Of a stretch of 41,971 bases of DNA, positions 10,148 through 18,629 are shown piece by piece. Under the pieces are notes generated by a model that saw only the letters and a program-made list of their open reading frames with translations, made no database searches and was not told the DNA's origin. Location: positions 1 to 41,971 of the IMG/VR virus record IMGVR_UViG_3300050015_000014; one strand, written 5' to 3'. Position 1 is the first letter of the stretch. Every line of letters starts with the position of its first letter. The stretch is from a virus. Lineage: Duplodnaviria > Caudoviricetes. The translations under genes were made by a program, and so were the position numbers.

Positions 10148-11219
10148 ATTTATGCTGAGTGAAGGTGTTCGACTTGATTTTATAAATAATAAAATACGAG
10201 CACTGGAAGATGAATGGGATAAACTTGATTCTCAAGGAAGTGGATTTTCACGTCAACAAGAAATTGCAAAAGAAATAACAACATTAAGAAACGAGAAACA
10301 AAGTTGGGAAGATTATTATAAAATACATAATGGATCTTTAACAGAAGATACAAATAATAATTTATCAACCGAAGTTAAAAACTTAGAAACTCAATTAATA
10401 TCTGAGTTTCCCCAAATAGATATATTACAATTATATCTTAGAGTAAATGGAAGTTTGTATATTGGAAATATTAAAATAAAAAAAGAATTTCGTGGGCAAG
10501 GAATTGGAAGACAAATTATAAATAGAATTAAAAAATTTGCAGATAATCATGGATTAATAATTTCACTTACACGGGAATCAGAACCCGAGTATAAAGAAAA
10601 ACTGAGAAAATTTTATAAATCAGCAGGATTTATAGATAATAAAGGTAGAAATAGAGACGACTCTTTATCTAGTATGTTTGGGAAATCCATGTACAGGAAA
10701 CCTAATGTGAATGAAGAATCCAATAATAAAATAGAGGTTCCAGAAGAACCAGGAACAGTTTCCATTCCATCAAACTATATTAGATTATATCATTATACAA
10801 AAGCAACTGATATGGACAAAATAAGAAAAGAAGGATTGAAATTATCAAATGCTAGAGGACATACATATGGAGAACCTGATGTTATATGGTCTTCTACTTA
10901 TAAACCAGAAAGATATCCATTTGTAGAATTTGCTGTTGCAATTAATGATCCAAGAATTTCCAGAGATGCTAATATAATTGATAGGGAAACTCCCACAGAA
11001 GTAATGAATAAAAATTTACACATTACATTTCGTGGAGATATATTACCATCAGAATTCATAGCAATACATGAAGGTTGGCATAAACACTATAGATATATAA
11101 TTAATGAAAAAGATGTTGTTGAAGAAGTCCTTAGTGGAAAACTTGATTATTTAATAAATGACAAATTTCCAGATGAAGCTAAAGCAATTTTAGCAATAAA
11201 ACAAAACTTTGGAAAATAA
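10134..11219 (+). CDS. GNAT acetyltransferase + ART/Tpt1-like domain fusion
   Basis: Probable start ATG 10134 (MIKLKFMLSE). GNAT: IKKEFRGQGIGRQII..LRKFYKSAGF. Second domain: RLYHYT..IRKEGL..VIWSS. Confidence 0.75.
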   Translation: MIKLKFMLSEGVRLDFINNKIRALEDEWDKLDSQGSGFSRQQEIAKEITTLRNEKQSWEDYYKIHNGSLTEDTNNNLSTEVKNLETQLISEFPQIDILQLYLRVNGSLYIGNIKIKKEFRGQGIGRQIINRIKKFADNHGLIISLTRESEPEYKEKLRKFYKSAGFIDNKGRNRDDSLSSMFGKSMYRKPNVNEESNNKIEVPEEPGTVSIPSNYIRLYHYTKATDMDKIRKEGLKLSNARGHTYGEPDVIWSSTYKPERYPFVEFAVAINDPRISRDANIIDRETPTEVMNKNLHITFRGDILPSEFIAIHEGWHKHYRYIINEKDVVEEVLSGKLDYLINDKFPDEAKAILAIKQNFGK

Positions 11220-11222
11220 AGT

Positions 11223-12779
11223 TTATCTAGTTTTTGTAAAATTAACAGGATCAATAACTGCTTGCGGTTTGCCTTGAACACTTTTTGGATATCCTTTATC
11301 GTCATATACTCTTTGATGGTATGGTTGACGAATATATTCTTGAAGTTTTGGATGTTCCAATGCTTCTTTAAAACTATCCTTCCAACTTTTTTGAACTGGA
11401 TTGCAAGCATTGGACAATTGAACATCTCCATGAATTTCACTTGCTAAAGATTTCCAAGTAGTAAATGCTCTACGTCTATGTTTCTCTCGGTCTTCACCGT
11501 GTTTGTTATGATAATGAACTTCAAATTTTAATTTACTATTATCTTCAAATACCGCAATAATATGACTGTTTCCCTCATAGAGTCTATATTCTTTGTTTAA
11601 ATGATGATAATCTTCCATTAGATCACGTTTAGGATCTTTCTCTACATCATCTTCACACATTACATCAAATGATGGGTTTGATTTAGCAAATCTATCTAAT
11701 ATTTCATATAATCTACCAACTCCTTCTTGAAGACTACCAGTTCTACTATCTGAATATGTATCTCCTGGTTCTGGAGCATCGGTTGTGGTTGGTGTCTCTG
11801 GAGTTATTGCTTGTTTTGATGATGGTTTAGTTACAGGATGTTGTGGTTTATCTTCTGGTTCTGGTGCATCTGGTTCAATTTTTGTTTTTAAATATTCTGA
11901 TAATGCACATAAATGTTTGCAAAGTCCTACTCCAAAATCCCCAACTCCTCCCTGAGAACGTGGTTTCCATTTTTGACCATTGTTATCATTTCCATGTCTC
12001 CAGTCTGGAGTTCTTCCAATTCTTCCTACATCTGCCTTTGCATTGTTATATGCATATCTAAATCTATAATCTGGACAATCACAATCAACCATACAATCCA
12101 AATCATCCGCACTATCTTTTTTAGATACATCATCTTTAAAGAATTGAACATACCCATGCCAAGGATTCCCCGTTGTAGATGGATTTGATTTATATCTAAA
12201 TGTCCATGCTTCTTGTCCATCTATTGTAATTACTTTTATTGGTCTAACATTAACATCATGTTTACCACGCTCCTGTCTTCCCGATTCACTTCCCGCTAAT
12301 AAAGCTCTGAATGACATTCTTTCTGTCAATAATTGTGTAAGAAGATTTGAAAATGATAATTTAGTTTCAATTAAATCATCGTGAGGAATATCAGCACCAG
12401 TATAACCAAACTGTAGTTTTAAATATGGTTTTTCAGGAACCGTTCCTGACAAAATCTTATTCCCCATTATTTCATATCCACCAGTAGAAGTATCATATAA
12501 CCATCTTCTTTGATAACGAGTTAGTTTTTTCCACGGTATGTTTAAAGTATCAAAATATAAAACACCTTTTGAAGGATATATCATAATCCTAACCCATCCC
12601 ATATTATATATCTTGTCGGAAATTTGAATTCCATGTTTAAGTGATTGTGGGGATTCATCATTATTCCATGGTATTTTTAAAAATCTTGCTGCCCAATCCG
12701 TATGGGTATCATTTACATAATGACATGTGCCACTTGGATCTAACCATCCCGCTACAAAACCGTTTACAGATTTACTCAT
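11223..12779 (-). CDS. Multidomain protein with SWIM zinc finger
   Basis: VDCDCPDYRFRY...GLCKHL (CxCx(n)CxH); N-terminal GWLDPSG..H..GWVRI domain; Pro/Thr linker. Confidence 0.7.
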   Translation of the reverse strand: MSKSVNGFVAGWLDPSGTCHYVNDTHTDWAARFLKIPWNNDESPQSLKHGIQISDKIYNMGWVRIMIYPSKGVLYFDTLNIPWKKLTRYQRRWLYDTSTGGYEIMGNKILSGTVPEKPYLKLQFGYTGADIPHDDLIETKLSFSNLLTQLLTERMSFRALLAGSESGRQERGKHDVNVRPIKVITIDGQEAWTFRYKSNPSTTGNPWHGYVQFFKDDVSKKDSADDLDCMVDCDCPDYRFRYAYNNAKADVGRIGRTPDWRHGNDNNGQKWKPRSQGGVGDFGVGLCKHLCALSEYLKTKIEPDAPEPEDKPQHPVTKPSSKQAITPETPTTTDAPEPGDTYSDSRTGSLQEGVGRLYEILDRFAKSNPSFDVMCEDDVEKDPKRDLMEDYHHLNKEYRLYEGNSHIIAVFEDNSKLKFEVHYHNKHGEDREKHRRRAFTTWKSLASEIHGDVQLSNACNPVQKSWKDSFKEALEHPKLQEYIRQPYHQRVYDDKGYPKSVQGKPQAVIDPVNFTKTR

Positions 12780-12812
12780 AATATTTCAACATATAAATAT
12801 CAAATTTTAATA

Positions 12813-13487
12813 TTAAAACTTCTCTTTATACTGTTTCTCTTTAATCCATTTCCACCCAAGAGTAAGAAATTCCGCATACTCTTCATGTTTTTGTCCATAC
12901 CATCCACATGCAAACGGAGGATGTGACTCAATAAGTTCAATATCTCCATTTTCAAATGATCCAAAATCCGCAGTCCCACACCAATTTTCTGGCCATTGTA
13001 TATCAAGACTTGGTGCATTAATAGGTTCATCATCATCTCCCCAATACCAATATGCTCCTATAAGTTTACCATATGCAATATAATATCTCCATTCATTTGT
13101 AAATTTTACTATATCAGAACATATAAATGGTCCTTTCTTTTTACCATGATATTTTCCAGATGTTATAAAACCAGTAAATCTCTTATGTCTATCAGATGGT
13201 TTTATAAATACTTTTTCAAGTGGCCATTTGTCTTGTGTCCATACGTTTCTAGTAACCCATTTACTTAAAAACTTTGGAAAATAATCAGGAGTAATAGTCT
13301 CTCCAATAACTTCAGATACCCAAGGAACAGTTCCACTCGGAACCCATCCTTCAGGTACATCTTTTGATCTATATATCATTTTTACTGGAATTTGTTGTAA
13401 TGCTCCAACAATAGATAAACTTTTACCTTCCCAATCAGTTAGAGTTTTCTGTATAGCAAATCCGTTACAATAATTTTTCCAATTCAT
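12813..13487 (-). CDS. ATP-grasp protein (R2K clade / DUF4343-like)
   Basis: VFIKPSDRHKRFTG, NEWRYYI, ADFG..LIESHPPFACGWYG. Probable start 13487 by ATGA overlap. Confidence 0.75.
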   Translation of the reverse strand: MNWKNYCNGFAIQKTLTDWEGKSLSIVGALQQIPVKMIYRSKDVPEGWVPSGTVPWVSEVIGETITPDYFPKFLSKWVTRNVWTQDKWPLEKVFIKPSDRHKRFTGFITSGKYHGKKKGPFICSDIVKFTNEWRYYIAYGKLIGAYWYWGDDDEPINAPSLDIQWPENWCGTADFGSFENGDIELIESHPPFACGWYGQKHEEYAEFLTLGWKWIKEKQYKEKF

Positions 13488-14308
13488 GATATCACATTCC
13501 ACTCTATCCAATCATTTTCAACAATTTCAGATAGTTTATTAACCACTTTATTTTTATCACACGCATACAATCCCGCTGAAGAAAATGAATTGATTTCTAA
13601 TAACCAATAATTTCCATCACTATCTTGACAAATATCTATACAAAATATAGAATCTGGATAATATCCTATTTTTATAAGTTTATTACATAGTTCTATAGAT
13701 TCTCTCGGAACACTTGGAGTAACTACAGATTTTCCATCTTGTCTATATGTTGATTGTGCTATAATTTCTCCATCTTTAGATACTACAAACCTTCCCTCCC
13801 ATTGTATATTTTTAGGAGTAGATACTACAACCAAATCATGTTCTATAAATTTCTGTGCCTCACAAAATCTATCAATATCTCTTGTCTCTATTAATTTTGC
13901 TTGAAACGTTTTCTGTCCACTGTCGGGTCTTAAAAAAATATATCCTTCTTTTCCATATATATTTATAAAAAATTCTTTTTGTCTATGAAATTCTTTAAGT
14001 GAAATAATGGAATATTTATCATTAAATAAATACTCTCCAAAATGAGTCATGTATTTTGAACAAAGATACTTATCATTACTCCCATATGAAACTGGAAAAC
14101 AATGATGTAAATGTTGTTGTACGATTGCAGTCATATTTATAGATCCTAAAAATATAACTGGTTCTTTATCTGTATAACCATCCAACATTGAATATTTAAA
14201 ATCTCTCTTAATCTCTAATAAATCTCCACCCTGCTTCTTAATCTCTTTCACTAAATCCATATAGCTGGATTCATGTGTAAAATTTTCTACTATAAAACGT
14301 GTTTTCAT
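13484..14308 (-). CDS. ATP-grasp protein (R2K clade / DUF4343-like)
   Basis: IFLRPDSGQKTF, WEGRFVV, CIDIC..WLLEINSFSSAGLY. Confidence 0.8.
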   Translation of the reverse strand: MKTRFIVENFTHESSYMDLVKEIKKQGGDLLEIKRDFKYSMLDGYTDKEPVIFLGSINMTAIVQQHLHHCFPVSYGSNDKYLCSKYMTHFGEYLFNDKYSIISLKEFHRQKEFFINIYGKEGYIFLRPDSGQKTFQAKLIETRDIDRFCEAQKFIEHDLVVVSTPKNIQWEGRFVVSKDGEIIAQSTYRQDGKSVVTPSVPRESIELCNKLIKIGYYPDSIFCIDICQDSDGNYWLLEINSFSSAGLYACDKNKVVNKLSEIVENDWIEWNVIS

Positions 14309-14451
14309 AATTTATTTTTTATATGTTGTAAAGCACATTGTCTCGTAATACAATAATCTTGTTTTTTACTACTCTATTCTTTTCGACATAAATGAGACCA
14401 TTTAAACCTCCGTTTACAATATGGACATTTTACTTTTGTTACAGTTTTCAT
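14305..14451 (-). pseudogene. Small CxxC ORF interrupted by one in-frame TAG (or a 1-nt frameshift)
   Basis: MKTVTKVKCPYCKRRFKWSHLCRKE*SSKKQDYCITRQCALQHIKNKL; ATGA overlaps at both ends if the TAG is ignored. Confidence 0.4.
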
Positions 14452-14549
14452 AATTTATTTTTTTTACGATTCACCAAATACCACTCCAACGGTTCCCATA
14501 TAATAAAATAACATACTACTAAACCAATTATTATACAATCAAATATCAT
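14448..14549 (-). CDS. 33-aa putative membrane peptide
   Basis: MIFDCIIIGLVVCYFIIWEPLEWYLVNRKKNKL; ATGA-coupled at both ends; hydrophobic stretch followed by a basic tail. Confidence 0.55.
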   Translation of the reverse strand: MIFDCIIIGLVVCYFIIWEPLEWYLVNRKKNKL

Positions 14550-15310
14550 AATTTATTATCTCTTATTTTCTTTTTATAATATTTCACTGCCGTCATCCCT
14601 ATACTATATTTATCGGCAATATTTTTCATACTATACTTACCAGATTTTATATCTGTTATTACTAATGGTTTTATTTCCCTCATACGAGATTTAACTTCTG
14701 AAATTTTATCACGAGTTTTTTGTGGTGTAACCCCCTTTGGAACTCCTTTTTGACCATTATCATATATATGGTTTATATCTCTATTCATCAACATTGATCT
14801 TCGGTTATTAAACTTTTTCTTTCCTTCTCTTATACCACATCTATCAACAAACCATTCTAAAGTATATCGTCCAACTGCTTTGTTTTTCTGTTTTTGTATT
14901 GCTTCATCACTATGAGTTTTTCCAAACATTCCATTGTTTTCCCCGTGACTGACTATTTTCATTTTTTCTATGAAAGCATCTCTGTTTGGATTATATGTTA
15001 TATTATCCCCACCTTCGGCAACAGGACATATATTATATCCAATATTTCTTTCATAAGGTTTTAATGTATCTAAATAATATTGCTCTCGCTCAAACAATTT
15101 GATTTTATATGGTTCTACTACTTCAAGTATTGTAAATACAAATTTGTCCTCTCCGTGAGAATTCCACGAATGCTGTAGTTTAGGATTTATATGAATGTTA
15201 AGTGTTAATTCTCGTTTATGATCATACCATCGCTTATCAAAATTTTTAGCACTGCCGATGTAAAATTTTCCATTATCCATATTTGTTATCTTATATATTC
15301 CACTACTCAT
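14546..15310 (-). CDS. GIY-YIG homing endonuclease with NUMOD3-like repeat
   Basis: SGIYKITN..GKFYIGSA..R..H, REQYYLD, GYNI, GENNGMFGKTHS. Confidence 0.9.
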   Translation of the reverse strand: MSSGIYKITNMDNGKFYIGSAKNFDKRWYDHKRELTLNIHINPKLQHSWNSHGEDKFVFTILEVVEPYKIKLFEREQYYLDTLKPYERNIGYNICPVAEGGDNITYNPNRDAFIEKMKIVSHGENNGMFGKTHSDEAIQKQKNKAVGRYTLEWFVDRCGIREGKKKFNNRRSMLMNRDINHIYDNGQKGVPKGVTPQKTRDKISEVKSRMREIKPLVITDIKSGKYSMKNIADKYSIGMTAVKYYKKKIRDNKL

Positions 15311-15317
15311 AATAATA

Positions 15318-15346
15318 AATATAACAGAGTTTTATGGATTGGTCAA
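15318..15346 (-). promoter_or_regulatory. sigma70-like promoter TTGACC-17-TATATT with extended TG
   Basis: -35 at 15346-15341, -10 at 15323-15318, 7 nt before ATG 15310; overlaps a TATTTATT motif. Confidence 0.6.
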
Positions 15347-15354
15347 CTTATTAT

Positions 15355-15385
15355 AAAATAAAAAGGACTTCCATTGGAAGTCCTT
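15355..15385 (-). terminator. Rho-independent terminator after the major capsid gene
   Basis: Perfect stem AAGGACTTCC / GGAAGTCCTT (15363-15385) followed on the minus strand by a T-rich run; 27 nt past the gp23 stop. Confidence 0.85.
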
Positions 15386-15412
15386 CGTGATTAAATATTT
15401 ATACGTTAAATA

Positions 15413-17152
15413 TTAGACCTGATTTGTATCAGATACATATATAAGTCCGTAAAATTCGGGGCGTACAATTTTCTTTGCATACCTGGTCATGACACCCCGT
15501 CTCGGTGTGAAATTAACAGGATCATACACTAAAGGTGTCTGAATCAAAGGAATGTATGGAGCATACACTGCACCAGTTTCAAGGAAGTTATTTCCACGGA
15601 AACCGAGCAAGATCAAATTTTCTTGCATGTATGGATTTTTGTAAACTTGGAAGCGACTTGCGAAGCTACCAACTCTACTTACGCCCATTGCGAACTTAGC
15701 GGAATCACCATCGGTATTAACAACGAATCCAGGGATTGATTCCAAGATAGTTGCAACATCTGGTCCTACGACCATGAAGTTAGCACCACCACGGAGGGTC
15801 AATTGGTGAATTTTGTTAGATACTTTTTGGATCTTGTTACCAAGGGTTTGGTACCAAGTTGCTTTGGTGTAATATCCACCTGCGCCTGCGGTAACTTGAT
15901 CAACAACTTGATAGCTGTTAAGACCAGTCTTCATAATCTCACGATTAAGACGTGCGCTCCAACGTTCTTTGTTAATGTTTGGGGCATTAACAATAAGCAT
16001 GTCCAAGATTTCCAAGTCAATTTCCATGGAAACATATTCAGACAATAATGCTGTTAATTCTGCTTCAGCATCAACACTATGGTAAGCATTAAGATCTTGA
16101 GCAAGCTCAGGAGTCCATACTGCTTTCAATTTACGTGTTTTTGCGACGATAGGCTCAGAACGCAATTCAAGGTTGACTTCAGGAATACCGATATCCTTAT
16201 TCAATCCAGTATCCGTTGAACTAGATTTTCCAAGTTTATCTTCAAAGTCACCACGATTTTCTGGTGTAGGTTGCAAACTCAATACAACAGATGCAGTTGC
16301 TGCCCCTGCGGCCAACGCTGCCATATTTGCATTAGATGCAGAAACAACGAATGTTATCTCCTGTCCATTGATACGAGTAAACCCTGGAAAATACGTGACG
16401 AATGAGCCTGCGGTTCCAGCATTAACTGGAACGAAACTACGTGCTGCGCTATAATCAGGATACGATGAAGAAGCTGCTAATACTGTGGATTTAAGAGCAG
16501 ATGTAGTAAGAGTATATAAATACCCCGATGCTAATGATGAAGATATGTTTGATCCAACTGGGTCATTTGCATTACCAGTATCAAAGTTAATATCTGCAAT
16601 AGATGCTGTTCCAACACTAACGGTAAGGCCATTAATTGTTTGGTCATTGATTGTATAAGAATAACGACCAGGACCATATAAACCACCAACTGGAGCATTG
16701 GTTGAACCAAGTTTCCATTGACCATTTACATCATTACTACCACTAATCCCACCGAATAACGATGAATAGTTAGTTGCGGAGTCTGCTGAGAACGGTCCCG
16801 CATTTGTTCCATACTTGAAATCAAGATAGAAGACTAATCCACTAGGAAGATTCATTGGTTGAACCGAGACGAATTCCTTTGCGGCGATTTCAGCAAACAC
16901 ACGGCGAACTAGTGGGAGAGCTACCCCTGCCCATTGTTCTGAGTTGGTTTGAGTACCCGTTACTGAGGACTCTTCAATAAGTTGTTTTGCTTGGTTTTCA
17001 AGCAAGACTGACATATTAGATTTTTCCATGTCAGTCTTAAGTCCTTCAAGCAACCCAGTTTTGTCCCATTTAGAGACTAAACCACGGGTTTCCGCCATCA
17101 AGCGAGCTTGTGGATTAAGAGCATTTGTTAATAATTCTTTTACATTATCCAT
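15413..17152 (-). CDS. gp23: Major capsid protein (T4 gp23 family)
   Basis: LLENQ, LPLVRRVF, VSVQPMNLPSGLVFYL, AKTRKLKAVWTPELAQDLNAYH, YAPYIPL, FTPRRGVMTRYA. Confidence 0.97.
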   Translation of the reverse strand: MDNVKELLTNALNPQARLMAETRGLVSKWDKTGLLEGLKTDMEKSNMSVLLENQAKQLIEESSVTGTQTNSEQWAGVALPLVRRVFAEIAAKEFVSVQPMNLPSGLVFYLDFKYGTNAGPFSADSATNYSSLFGGISGSNDVNGQWKLGSTNAPVGGLYGPGRYSYTINDQTINGLTVSVGTASIADINFDTGNANDPVGSNISSSLASGYLYTLTTSALKSTVLAASSSYPDYSAARSFVPVNAGTAGSFVTYFPGFTRINGQEITFVVSASNANMAALAAGAATASVVLSLQPTPENRGDFEDKLGKSSSTDTGLNKDIGIPEVNLELRSEPIVAKTRKLKAVWTPELAQDLNAYHSVDAEAELTALLSEYVSMEIDLEILDMLIVNAPNINKERWSARLNREIMKTGLNSYQVVDQVTAGAGGYYTKATWYQTLGNKIQKVSNKIHQLTLRGGANFMVVGPDVATILESIPGFVVNTDGDSAKFAMGVSRVGSFASRFQVYKNPYMQENLILLGFRGNNFLETGAVYAPYIPLIQTPLVYDPVNFTPRRGVMTRYAKKIVRPEFYGLIYVSDTNQV

Positions 17153-17183
17153 ATATTTTTTTATTTAAGTTATTCCCGCAAAG

Positions 17184-18629
17184 TTATTTCTTTTGTTCAC
17201 TACGAATGCCTGCGAGTTGTTTCATTCTACTAGCGAATTTGCCTTCAGAAATAATTTCCTTTGGCTTGGTTGAGCCGACTGGCTGGGATGAGAGACCTTC
17301 AGTGATGCTTCGAACTGTAGAATTGGTCGTTGCTACGACTTTCTTCTTCATTTCACTTCCACCGAAATTTAATGACTCTGCAATGTTAGCGTAAGTCAAC
17401 TTCACTTCACGAACGTTTTTGGCAAGGTCAAACATTTCAACGATACGCATTTTATGTGTATTATTCATGTTGTATTCTTTAAATAGCTTGTTCGTGTAAA
17501 GCAATTTAGCATTCAACAAGTTGACCTCATTAAGTTGTCCTTTAACATATCTAATGACATCTTCTGCTTCATTAAGTTGTTTATGTAAAGATTGATTTTC
17601 TTGCAAAGCCACGGTGTTTTCAAATTCACCTTTTGAATTTGGACGTGTCGCTTTGAGTAATGGACCAGATGTTCCACCAAAAGATGGTGTGGACAAATTA
17701 GATGATGTAGCATTTTTCGCCTGATTTGGACGAGTTGCTTTAGTTGCATCTTCTGGACCAACTTTAGTTCCTTCTGGAGAAGGCATACCTTCTTGTTTAA
17801 TTCCACCAGTTTCAAGTTTTGAAGTAGAATTTGCAGATGCTGATGGTTTCTTGTTATCAGATCCACCTGCTTTTCCACCAATTGCGGAAGAAGATAATTT
17901 TTTCTGTTCATCAAGTTTATCTTCTTTTTCCTTCTCGTCTCCTTCAACTTCGTCTTTAAGACTTTCCAAAAGTTCATTTAAATCAACATCTTCATCCGTT
18001 TCTTCTTCACCAGATACTGGTGGAACATCAGAAGGAGGAGTTGATTGTGGGACTTCTCCACCCATTGGTGCGGCAGGTGCTCCTGGTGCTTCTCCTGGTG
18101 CTCCAAATTGTGGTGGGACTTCTCCACCCATTGGTGCAGGTGCTCCAAATTGTGGTTGGGTACCAAATGGTGCAGGTGCTCCAAATTGTGGTGGGACTTC
18201 TCCACCCATTGGTGCTCCTGGTGGAACTCCTGGTGCCGTTGGCATAGGAGGAGGTACAGATCCTGGTGCTCCGAATGGTGATGGTGCGGCAGGTGCTCCA
18301 AATTGTGGTTGTGCTACAGGTGCTCCTGGTGCTCCGTCCATAGGTGCGTTATCCCCATCTGGTTCTGCATGAGGTTCTTCGCCTACTTCAGATTCAAGTT
18401 CTTTAATAAGTTCATCAATTTCTTGATCTGATACATTTTCTTGAGATTTCATTTCTGGTTCCCCATTTGAGTTAGATCCCATTTCGGCATCTTCTTTTAA
18501 TTTTTCAGCAAACATCGCTTGATATCTCTCGGAGAATGCTTCTTCAAGAGCTACTTTTGCATTTGCAAGTGCGGTTTGACGTACTGCTTTTGCATCGGCA
18601 ATTGCTTCTTTTAACAAATTACTATCCAT
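17184..18629 (-). CDS. Prohead core scaffold protein (gp22 analogue) with Pro/Gly/Ala repeats
   Basis: Directly upstream of gp23; LLKEAIADAKAVRQTALANAKVALEEAF, acidic low-complexity middle, coiled coil EVNLLNAKLLYTNKLF, C-terminal RMKQLAGI. Confidence 0.85.
   Translation of the reverse strand: MDSNLLKEAIADAKAVRQTALANAKVALEEAFSERYQAMFAEKLKEDAEMGSNSNGEPEMKSQENVSDQEIDELIKELESEVGEEPHAEPDGDNAPMDGAPGAPVAQPQFGAPAAPSPFGAPGSVPPPMPTAPGVPPGAPMGGEVPPQFGAPAPFGTQPQFGAPAPMGGEVPPQFGAPGEAPGAPAAPMGGEVPQSTPPSDVPPVSGEEETDEDVDLNELLESLKDEVEGDEKEKEDKLDEQKKLSSSAIGGKAGGSDNKKPSASANSTSKLETGGIKQEGMPSPEGTKVGPEDATKATRPNQAKNATSSNLSTPSFGGTSGPLLKATRPNSKGEFENTVALQENQSLHKQLNEAEDVIRYVKGQLNEVNLLNAKLLYTNKLFKEYNMNNTHKMRIVEMFDLAKNVREVKLTYANIAESLNFGGSEMKKKVVATTNSTVRSITEGLSSQPVGSTKPKEIISEGKFASRMKQLAGIRSEQKK
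18046..18333 (-). repeat. Coding imperfect tandem repeats (APMGGEVPPQFGAP units) in the scaffold gene
   Basis: Identical 41-mer at 18097-18137 and 18175-18215, partial copy near 18047-18071, several PQFGAP copies. Confidence 0.9.

Noticed and set aside
12776-12820. Possible start-codon-sequestering hairpin before gene 12779 (similar weak ones before 25068 and 35749)
   Set aside because: Short, almost purely A-U stems are expected by chance at this base composition.
18046-18333. 41-bp repeats with intervening sequence as a possible CRISPR array
   Set aside because: They are in-frame coding repeats of the scaffold protein, irregularly spaced, with repetitive intervening sequence and no cas genes.
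17513-18372. Several His/Gln-, Cys/Trp- or Gly-rich alternative-frame ORFs
   Set aside because: By-products of the GC-richer repeat tract within the scaffold gene.
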